The notes under the pieces: model-generated
Told to the model about the DNA's origin: nothing
The model's database searches: none
What the model saw: only the letters and a program-made list of their open reading frames with translations
Source: Utricularia gibba
Taxonomy: Eukaryota; Plantae; Magnoliophyta
Length of the DNA: 64,000 bases
Direction of reading: 5' to 3'
Assembly: GCA_002189035.1 (NCBI GenBank)
Contig: CM007991.1
Span: forward strand, 3,348,001-3,412,000
Position numbers and translations under genes: made by a program
Shown: positions 27,617 through 37,300 of the stretch, piece by piece
How positions within the stretch are numbered: position 1 is the first letter of the stretch
Layout of the letters: every line of letters starts with the position of its first letter

Positions 27617-28080
27617 TCAGTTGTTGATGTCGCTGCCGGGATGCCCGGGGCGCTTAGCTTGGCCGACGCCATGGCTGATTCTGCCGAGGATGGTGGCCTC
27701 CTCACCTTTTTTCACTGACTCAAAGCAACAATATCGCCAATAAGAAGAAATCCATGATACATCGGCAAAAAAGGAAAGCCATAGCCTTCATTGTATCACC
27801 ATGCTCAACCAAGCCGGGATGCCCGGGGCGCTTAGCTTGGCCGACGCCATGGCTGATTCTCCCAAGCTCGGCGGTCTCTTCACCCTTTTTCACTAAAAAA
27901 ACGTATCATTAAAATTAACACCGCAAACCATTGGTTAAATACCCCCCATAACCAAAACTACTGGTTACATGCATCCATGGAGTTGAGGTCAAAGCCCTCC
28001 GCAGTGTCTCTACCAGCAGCAACTTCAAGAGAAACCAGGAGAGCAGCAACTAGGAGAAAGGCGACTACTTTGGAAGCCAT
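27617..28080 (-). CDS. Family B copy 1: secreted 100-aa precursor with GRP-like signal peptide and a tandemly duplicated exon
   Basis: Exons 28080-27969, 27892-27800, 27714-27617 (phase-1 GT-AG introns) give MASKVVAFLLVAALLVSLEVAAGRDTAEGFDLNSMDAL-KKGEETAELGRISHGVGQAKRPGHPGLVEHV-KKGEEATILGRISHGVGQAKRPGHPGSDINN*. TATAAG at 28133-28128. Missed by the ORF track because it is spliced. Confidence 0.72.
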
Positions 28081-29843
28081 ATCTGTATCTTAAAGCTTGT
28101 GTGGATTTGAGAGGACTCCCGCAGGCTCTTATAGATACGAGACCCTAAACAGTAGCATTTGAAGATACAGAACCATGTCACCATTTGAATGAACCAATGG
28201 AATGGATCCCACAGCTGCTAAAGGAACCGTCCAGATACACAGATGAGCTGACAACACTCCAACCCTCTCGCTCTTAGGTTGGATCGCCCACTAGCCGGGA
28301 GAAGCTGGATTCAGCTTAAGATCAACACCTGTCCCGATTTCCAGATCGCTAAACACCTGTCCATGTTTTCGGATATGGACGATAAATCAGCATACTATTT
28401 GCTATTTCGGTTTTTGTTGTTCGCTGTAGTTGATGAGATCTCCCAAGTTGGATCCACGCAAAGCCGCCCACGAAAATTATTGCATGTTGCCAAAACGGAC
28501 GGTGGCGTGAGAGGATTTCGGATGAGTGATAAAAATGATCATTCTAAATAAAATAATACGAGATTTCATAATTTTCCAAAATAAAATTGTTTTATTTTAT
28601 CATAATTTATCGTTATGTTTTTATTTAACAATATCTTTTTGTAGGCGTTGCACTCAACTTTTTTTATAATCATCTTCATTATAAAAATATTTACAAATAA
28701 TTTTTTTTTCTAAATTAAACGAATATCAACAAAATCATCATAGTTATTTTCAATTATTTTATACTACAAAGAATAGTAATTCCATCTTTATCTTTAATGG
28801 ATCCAATATATTGATGAATTCAAAATTATTTCCCAAGAGTTTATTTTTATTCATTTAAAAAAGAGAAAAAGAAAGAATAGTACATCAACTTTAAAAACCG
28901 AATTAATAAAAATAAATTATCCTTCAGCATGGAAATTCGAATGGGCTTGGTTGGGATATTTTGGGCAGGACTAGATTGAGGTTTTGGGCTCGATAGTGTT
29001 GGGCCTTGCTAGATGGGCTGGAAGAAGCCCGGCAAGCGGCCGAGGCATCGATGGGGCGCCGACAGGGATGGCCGGGGAAGCTCCACCGGTGGACAGGCTC
29101 CGGTGTAGATACAGTGGCGGTAACGCAGCGACGGAGGATCGGGTGACGATCGAGAAGTCAACAGCGGAGGGCGGCGCGGCGGGGGAGAGCTCAGGCGACG
29201 GTATCAATGGGAGTAAACTTGTGTTTTTAAATATAATTGAGGATTTTCAAGGCAATCTTCTCCAATTCGAATTCCAACACTATCTCGGCATCGAAATCAG
29301 AAACGCAAGGATGATGGCGAAATATTTAAATTTAATGTGGATAATAATACAGATAATAATGACGTAAAAATGAGGATGAATATTATGTGGAGGATAGAGA
29401 CTGTATTGAAAAATATTTAAATTTAAAATAAAAAAATTATGTATTGATAGATAAATTTTTGGAGTATTTTTTTTTTAATTCCATAGGGGTTCCATCTTGA
29501 AATCATACAGTTTTGATTACAGAATCTCGAAATGGAAAGGGTTATATGGTTTTGGTTCCAACTACGAGTTTGATTCGAATTGATCGAATAATTAATTTGG
29601 AATAAATTGTATTTATTAACTTTATTTACATTTTGAAATATGCTAAAAATTCTTTAAATTTTAAAATATTTAAAACACAACTGAAGATGGGATTCCATTT
29701 GAGATCACGTGGCAGACCAGACGACGCACATAAACACACTGTCGTCTTCCCTTGTTATTCCAGCAACTGAATTATGCAGCAGCAGCAGCAGCAGTAGACG
29801 AGACGATATAACTTGAAAACTCCACCGGTTCTTGGGGTTCAGC

Positions 29844-30203
29844 TCATGGGTTGGCGACCTCATGGGGAGCGGAGGGGGAACGGGGACGGTTGTTGGGGTA
29901 GATCACCTCATGGGGAGCGGAGGGAGAGCGAGGACGGAGGTTGGGGAGGATCACCTCATGGGGAGCGGAGGGAGAGCGAGGACGGAGGTTGGGGAGGATC
30001 AGCTCATGGGGAGCGGAGGGGAACGGGGACGGTTGTTGGGGTAGATCACCTCATGGGGAGCGGAGGGGAACGGGGACGGTTGTTGGGTAGATCACCTCAT
30101 GGGGAGCGGAGGGGGAACGGGGACGGTTGGAATAACCAGGAGAAATGAGGAGGGCGATGAGTAGGAGAAAGGCAGCGCAGGCGAGTGCTCCTCTGGAAGC
30201 CAT
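29844..30203 (-). CDS. Family A copy 2: secreted precursor with six 16-aa units (120 aa if three G-run contractions are corrected)
   Basis: ATG 30203, signal MASRGALACAAFLLLIALLISPGYS, units RPRSPSAPHE(V/L)I(Y/L)PN(N/L), terminal RPRSPSAPHEVANP*. As written, three G-runs (30085-87, 30065-68, 30018-21) are one base shorter than in sister units, giving an early stop. TATA retained at 30265-30258. Confidence 0.72.
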
Positions 30204-30740
30204 CTTCACACTCCCTCCACTAGTTAAGCAGCTTCAATGGAATGGAATGGAGGGGCCTTTTTATAGAGGGATGGCATGTCCAAGTTCATTGTATCAAAAT
30301 GGGGGATCGGAGAAAAGTCTACGCAGGCGGGCTGACGATGACGAGACGTTTCACTCGTCATACACTTCTGAGCACATGTGGCTGGAGATAAGAGGCAAAG
30401 GCCAAGCCCCGCTGCCGGATGTTCATAATTGCTGCAATCATTCATCGCTGCTGTGCTTTATCTAGAAACCTTACCTCCAAAAATTTCACACATGATCACG
30501 TTTCTAAATCTCAGACAAGTTATTTATGAGGTCTAAAACAATATTAGACCAGTTAAATTGGGTTAAGATGTTGTCGAATTGAAGCAGTGGGGAGGGTCCA
30601 AGAACGGTAAGTTTCACATGGCGCCGCAAATCTCAACTTTCCTTTCCCGGCGGTTGATCTCATGTTTCCGGGTATAAGAAGTGATTGATTAATTAATTAA
30701 TGCGTGCGGGGCCCACACGAGACAGTGGACCCGAGTCACG

Positions 30741-30810
30741 GGAAGGAGAAAAAAAAAGAAGCTGTGGAAACGTCGGGAAGGAGAAAAAAAAAGAAGCTGT
30801 GGAAAGGTCG
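30741..30810. repeat. 35-bp direct tandem duplication in the 3' region of family B copy 2
   Basis: ggaaggagaaaaaaaaagaagctgtggaaa(c/g)gtcg at 30741 and 30776. Confidence 0.85.
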
Positions 30811-31059
30811 CTGGAAATGGAATAATTTCTTCCCGTTTATTTGGGTTGATATTTCCTTGATTTTTTTTTCTAAATTCCGAATGCGTTGGAGCAGTTGGGG
30901 TTTCTGCGTGAGGTTGAGGACTGGTTGCATTGGGGAAATGCACAGCAGATACGGGTTGGTTTCTTTATTTGAAAGGGAGTAAAACAGGCAACATAAATAG
31001 TGGATAGAAAAGCTCCGACGCCTTCTGGATCGGCTCTCTGGTTTCAGCTCCACCCTCCG

Positions 31060-31717
31060 TCAGTTGCTGATGTCGCTGCCGGGATGCCCGGGGCGCTTAG
31101 CTTGGCCGACGCCACGGCTGATGGTGGCCTCCTCACCCTTTTTCACTAAAAAAAAAGGGGGTATCATTAAAATAAATATACGATGATAGCACTTGTTGAT
31201 GTGTGTGTTTTTGGTGATGCTGAGCATAAAACGAATGATGTATAGCCTTTTGTTCTTGGTATTGAGAAGATCTTTGATTGAAAACAGGCTCCTATTTTTT
31301 AAGTTGATTACAGGTATTTATACAGTCAGATTTACAACGGCAGCCTATACACTAGGAATTAACCGTTGTGGTTGCTGTAGACATCAAGCTTAGGGCCTTG
31401 GATAATCATGTGACTTGGTTGCTGGATCAACCTTGAGAGCCCATTTACTTGATTTTCGGTCCAATATGATAATTCCAAGTTCGTGTTGTACTCTTTTCTT
31501 CCTCTTGCCTCCTCCCGTCGTTTTCCTCATTTCAGCATCCGATTTTTCAGAGTTTCTTTCAGAATGCTGCTGACTCACCTTTTGTTCATCCTTAACCATC
31601 ATCATACGACACCAATGTCCAAATACCCTCATGTATAGAATGATAAAACAAAACTACTGGTTGCATTCATCCACGGAGTTGGGAAATAAGGAAAAAGGCG
31701 ACTACTTTGGAAGCAAT
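31060..31717 (-). pseudogene. Family B copy 2, pseudogene
   Basis: The last exon 31145-31060 is intact (KKGEEATISRGVGQAKRPGHPGSDISN*). The start codon is ATT (31717), exon 1 is internally deleted, the donor has changed GT>GC (31664), and the intron carries an insertion of about 430 bp. Confidence 0.75.
31194..31630 (-). mobile_element. Insertion in the B2 intron, possible LTR remnant
   Basis: Absent from the homologous B1 intron. On the minus strand it has a GTATAAATAC TATA-like motif (31323-31314) and ends ...ATCAACA (31194), as Copia-type LTRs often do. No target-site duplication found. Confidence 0.35.
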
Positions 31718-32569
31718 CTCATCCCACCAATTTCATGCATGCCAAAGAACGATTATGTACTAGTAAAAACTAATGGTTGATGATGAATCAATTTTAAGCA
31801 ATCTCATCCGACCTGCCATGAACTCAGAGCTGCTGCTGGAACACATCGCGTGCAATGAGGAAGAGGGAAGAAGCCGTGAGATGAAGACATAAAATCAATG
31901 GGTTAAAATATTGGGCCTGCGATGCATGGGTTTGCAACAATAAGCCCGAAGGCCAAACCTATGTCTAAAGAGCAACCCAAACCAGACCGGCCCGACTACT
32001 GAACAACAATAACCTGCAACACTAATGCAAATCTATATCCTAGTTCCCACACCCGGTGCGCAAGTGTGGGGAATTTGCTGCACATTCGTTGTACGGTGAG
32101 TTTTTTTTTTTTTTAAAAAAACTATTTAATCAAATTCCAACTCATTCACTTGATTTTTCATATTTTAGTTCATATTCATCAATCGATTATTCAATCATCA
32201 TCATCATCATCCACCATTTAAATTACGATGATCATCATTTATAGATTATCGTTTTAATTTTCATTTGTTTTTTTTAATATTGATTTTTTTATTTGAAATT
32301 TATATTTCTAGATTTATGAATTTGATGCTATGATATCTTTAAATTGTTAATTATTTAATTCTAATCTATTTATGTTTACTTATTATTTGATCATGATTAT
32401 ATAAATATATTTTGTTTTTGGTAACAATGACATAAATAATGTATGAAAATTTATTTTCAAAATGCACATACTCCATACAATATATTTTTCATTAATTTTT
32501 TAGTTAAAAATTATTTTAATTTAGTATTTTTTTTAAAAAATAATAATAATATAACTTAAATATAATATT

Positions 32570-32955
32570 ATAGGAAGGAAGGGATGGAATAATTCCAGGT
32601 GGTATAATACAATTTTATCCTTCTTTAATATTATATTACGATCTTCATGATTTTTTTCACCTCATTTTCGATAATTCCCATTCTTTCAAATAATTATTCC
32701 TTCTACAACCTTCTTTACTATTTGTTCAAATAAATTGATATTCGATGCGTATTTTGAAAAAGATGTATGTTTTCAATCATGATTTATTTAAAAGAATATG
32801 ATAATCCAACGCATTTTATACCATATTTTTTACTTATCAAACTAAATATGATATTTAAAATGCTTTTTTTATTTAATTATATCCATTTTCTATCTAATAT
32901 TCTTATTAAAATATTTCTTGGTATATCAAATTTTCCTAAAACAAATACACCCTAA
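32570..32955. mobile_element. Possible degenerate Tourist/PIF-type MITE remnant
   Basis: AT-rich stretch ending caaatacaccc+taa (32942-32955), resembling a Tourist TIR plus TAA target. The partner TIR was not found. Confidence 0.25.
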
Positions 32956-33175
32956 GTGTATTTATATATTTTTACTATATTACTAATAACGTCAAGTGTA
33001 TGAAAGATGAATAAAAGAGCTGAACTGATTTTATTTCAAATCATGTGGCAGACCACACACACAACACAGACATTGTGGTCTTTCCTTCTTATTCCAACGA
33101 CAACTGAACTGCAAATGCAGAACGAGAAGCAGCACACAAAATAACTTGAAAACCCCACCAGTTCTTGGGTTCAGC

Positions 33176-33385
33176 TCATGGGTCAGCGACCTCAAAGGCG
33201 GCGGAGGGAGAGCGAGGACGGCCGGAGTTGGGGTAGGCAACTGAGTGAGATGGAGGGCGGCCGGCATTTGGGTAGACTAACTCACGGGGAAAGGATGGGG
33301 AAGGAGGGCGGGAATAACTAGGAGAAATGAGGAGGGCGACAAGCAGGAGAAAGGCAGCAAAGGCGAGTACTCCTCTGGAAGCCAT
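33176..33385 (-). CDS. Family A copy 3: secreted precursor, 69 aa, three divergent units
   Basis: Intact ORF MASRGVLAFAAFLLLVALLISPSYS-RPPSPSFPRELVYPNAG-RPPSHSVAYPNSG-RPRSPSAAFEVADP*. TATAAAT at 33445-33439, 60 nt upstream. Confidence 0.82.
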   Translation of the reverse strand: MASRGVLAFAAFLLLVALLISPSYSRPPSPSFPRELVYPNAGRPPSHSVAYPNSGRPRSPSAAFEVADP

Positions 33386-33639
33386 CTTCAGAATCTACTA
33401 GTTAAGCTTTTGCATGGATTGGAGTAAAATCGGTGGCCATTTATAGGATGACACCATGTCAAATTCATACTATCAAAAATGGCCGATCAGAGGGAAAGTC
33501 TACACAGGCGGGCGGGCGGGCGGCTACACATTCCAGCACGGCAGCACGTGAGATGAAATATCCAAGGCCCGCTTAGCCAAACTCAGTTAAAATGGAAAAA
33601 AAAAAAAGGTTTCTGACATAGTTGCTTTGAGCATTTCTC

Positions 33640-33935
33640 GTCAGTGAAAAGGCGGCTGGGAATGGATTAGTTTCTCCCTCACGTTTATTCCCGTTGATGC
33701 TTTCTTGAAGTTTTGTTTTTAATTTGGAATGAATTGGAGCAGGCGGCGTTTCTGCGTGAGGTTTGAGGACTGGTTGCAATGGGGATGGAATGTACTTTGG
33801 ATTCAGATCGCACAAGTACCTCCCTGACTTGACTGCCCACACCGGGTGGTTTCTTTATCTGAAAGGGATAAAAAACAGGCAATAGAAGTAGTGGATAGAA
33901 GAGCTCCGACGCAGCCCGCAGATTTAGCTCGCTGT
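33640..33935 (-). other. Orphan 3' region of a third family B copy (coding exons absent)
   Basis: Matches the B1/B2 downstream sequence (ggcggctgg.aatgga, ttggagcag, tttctgcgtgaggtt, ggatagaagagctccgacgc). Homology stops before the B stop codon. Confidence 0.7.
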
Positions 33936-34394
33936 ATGCCAATGGCGGCAAATGGTCGTTTAGGGCTTTTATATATTTTATATTCTATTTTTTATTAATT
34001 TTACATCTTTACGATATTTTTATAGAAAAAAACATATTTTATGAATTTTTAGTTCATTTTTTGAATTAATTTAAAAATAAATCAAGTCTCTTAAAATTAT
34101 GTATTTAAAAGTACATGAATTTGAGTACTATTATGTAATGGTTAGTAACCGTCACAAAGTTCGATTAGCCAAGCTGCATATGGGAGTCCAAGTGCTTATT
34201 TCAAGGGTTGTTCGCTGTGTTATGATCAGGTGAATACGTTATATATCTGTCGTCTATGTACATAACCCAGTTTGCTTGCATCAAGATGTCCCTACGGTGA
34301 ATGCGCTTTCTCTACTCCAGTGAACAAAAAGAAATTGTCACAGCTCCGGGATTGCCAACCAGGCAGGTTTGTATGCAGACTGCGGAGCACCCAA

Positions 34395-37300
34395 TTAGTG
34401 ATAACCTCTTCTCCGGGAAGAATCGCCGCCGAAAAGCGCCTCTGCACCACAACCAAAGCTTATTAGAACCGGAAGTATGTTTTAACTGCATGTAGAACTT
34501 CTAGAAGAAGATCGTAGATCCGGGCATCCATCAACCTACCGGTCTCTTCATCGTCATCACCGCCTTGGGACGTGAAAAAGGGGGTCAGGAAGTTCTTATC
34601 TAGGGCCGTGAACGACGGAGTACTGCACAGCACGACACCACAGAATAACTCACTGGGAAGATAAACAAGACCAAAGGTGGAAAAAAAAACGCAGAAGTGA
34701 CTGTAGGCACCCCCACCTCTTGCTCAACTCTTTAAGTTTCATCTTGAACCGGTTTCCTGAAGATTGCTCACCATCGTACGAAGGAGGTGTATACCCATTG
34801 CTTGACTCCAAGCTCTGAAAAAGAAGCACCGGCATGAAATTGTTTCAACTGAAAGATAAATGGACCAGGAAAATATGGTGATGTGAATACGTACTTCAGC
34901 TATGGGACTGTCATGGCTTCCACCTACAACCTCCAAAGCTTCCAACATGGTTCCTGTAGATCCACCTATCAGCAGGACCTACACAATCCAACCAAATTAC
35001 GTAACAAACCAAAACGCCTTAGCCTGCAAAAGTTATGGTCTAAAGCATCGGTATCAAGTTAAAACAACTAGTTAGCTGTTACTTGGTGCCCAAAAAATAT
35101 ATATATAGATCAGGTTTCATAGATAAGTGCAAGCATTTTGATCGAACATGTGCAAAGCCCTGTGCTGCAAATGCTTTCTTCTTTCATCCTATACTTTTGG
35201 CTTTTTAGTCCATTTCGAGACCCACTATGCAGAATATGGGTTTCAGTTCACTTATGCATATGCATGCCTTCTACGTCTCTGAAGAAATGCAGTTAAATGT
35301 AAACAATTTGGTGCTCACAGTCAAAACAACTATTGCAGTTGTGGCAGTGAATATCGTTTGACCATGGCCTTCTGGAAGATCATGTACTGATTGAAGAGCT
35401 AGTGCGAATGCCATAGCTCCTCGAAGTCCTGCAGAAAGATTTTTATAATGGTGCCTATATGACAATAAAATTATAGATACATGTCTCATTGGGTATCGCA
35501 AGAGAATACAATGCACCAACTTACCACTGTACCAAAGTGCTTTCTGATGCTTCATTGGTATTTTTCTCTCAAGAGGTCTCGCCAAATTCACCAGATACGC
35601 ACAAGAGAAAACATTTGCAGCCCTTCACATATAAAAAAAAAAAAAAAAAACACAAAACATTGCAATCAGTAGAAAAAAATAAAATAAAATAAAAGAGAAA
35701 TGCTAACGAAAAAAACTAAAAAATGAGCATACCTTGCAATTCCAATGAACAGCTAGTTGAATTACAAAAAGCATGTTAAGGAAAACCATCACATGAAAAT
35801 CTAAATATATCCGTCAGATAAGCCTAGTTCAACATTGACAAAGAGTAAGGATACAATTGAGAAGAAGATGAATCCAATGTGCGACCAGCTGTGGCGTTCC
35901 ATGGCTATGTCAAAACCCATGTATATAAATCTGAATGATAAGATGTTCTTCGGGCATAAGTTTTGCATATGTAAAAAGTAATTATTGCAAGACAAAGTGA
36001 ATGATTACTCACACAAAAGTTTCAGCCAAAGATGAAATCAAATGGAAAAATGCTGATACGAATTTCTGAGAATTTTCTGACAAATTGGAGTATGTGTAGT
36101 GCTTCATGACCTACAAAATATCAGGATAGAAACAGGGTTCCTATCATATAAGACGTACAATAGAAGCCACCCAGGAACCCAGGGGAAAAAATTAAAAAAA
36201 CTCACTATGCCAGTAAACAGAATAGATACGATGCCCGACAGTCCAAGCCCTTCAGCTAGCATGTACCTATCGGATGTAAAAAATCAGAGCACATATTCAG
36301 TCACAAAGAAACACGAGAAAATGGAATAACAGCATAGGTAATCTGTATCTTACGAGAAATACGGGAAAAGAACAAACAGACAGCATTCCAAGTTCTGAAG
36401 GCTGCAAGCAGTAGTTGATGAATTGCAATATTCCTTGGCCAAATACGACTAAAACATGCATCCTCAATGAATAAATGCTTACTTGTCCACATCCAGACCA
36501 GCATACTTGAAAAGGTTCAGAAAGTTAAGGCTTCACATAACTAGACATGAACTCCAGAAGAACACAAGGTAAGCATTGATTATCTTATACTGTAAGCATC
36601 TTAATAAAGGATATTAAAGCAGAAGTGAACCCAACGCCAACACCTGCAAATTTTTAGACAAGTTAGATTCACCATGCCAAAAGGACGTGGAATCCTTTTA
36701 CATGTATTAGAATTTACCCGGAAATTTTACATGTATTACCCTAGAAATAAGAACCGAAAGCTTAAATGACTTATAGTTATAGAAACAAACCCGCTGACAT
36801 AGATCCAACGAAAGTCTCAAGAAATCTGACCACCACCCCAAGAAGGTTTTGGTCTGATGACATATGTCTCCTCACCATAGACATTGTCCTGTATAAAACA
36901 ACGAATATGTCACCAGATACTTCTACAAGTTTATAACCAATAATGTGAAAAAAAAGGACTAACCTGTACAGTGATATTGCCATCTTGAGAAATTTAACCA
37001 GGGAATCCAACAAAGAAAATCTTTGAATCAATAAATAACTAAAAAAGTACATCAGTATACCCTAATGCATGATATTTAAAAAAACAACTCACCGCATCAT
37101 TCAGCACAGATTCACCAAAGACTAGTGCGTAGAGATTCACATCAGTGCCAAGCTCCTAGAAATATCACAGAAGAGACAAGGTTGCCAAAAACTGAAGAAA
37201 AAGGCTAAGGTACGTACAAGGAAAGGAGATTGTATTTCTGAGAATATAAGTATCAAGCATAAAAATTTATTCATCAGACTTCAAACGAGCACATGCAGCC

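Larger units (their letters stand above)
25940..33935 (-). repeat. Three-copy tandem segmental duplication of an A+B small-secreted-protein cassette (units about 25940-28280, 29690-31900, 32990-33935 partial)
   Basis: Homologous non-coding blocks recur: A 3' region (25941-26100 / 29691-29845 / 32991-33180), A promoter (aaaaatggccgatcagagggaagtctac), spacer (aagtttcacatg...ctttcctttcccggcggtt at 27067 and 30609), and B 3' region (27320-27600 / 30805-31060 / 33650-33930). Confidence 0.9.

Noticed and set aside
26107-30125. Regular 48-51-nt repeats superficially like a CRISPR array
   Set aside because: No unique spacers, lengths are multiples of three, they lie inside a signal-peptide ORF, and the context is eukaryotic.
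30755-30806. AAGAAGCTGTGGAA resembling a miR396 site, twice
   Set aside because: Family B is transcribed from the minus strand, so its RNA has the miRNA sense rather than the complement; 3' pairing is also poor.
32043-32075. Hairpin next to CTAG on the minus strand (Helitron-like 3' end)
   Set aside because: Hairpin abuts CTAG without the usual spacer, the next base is not T, and no 5' TC end was identified.
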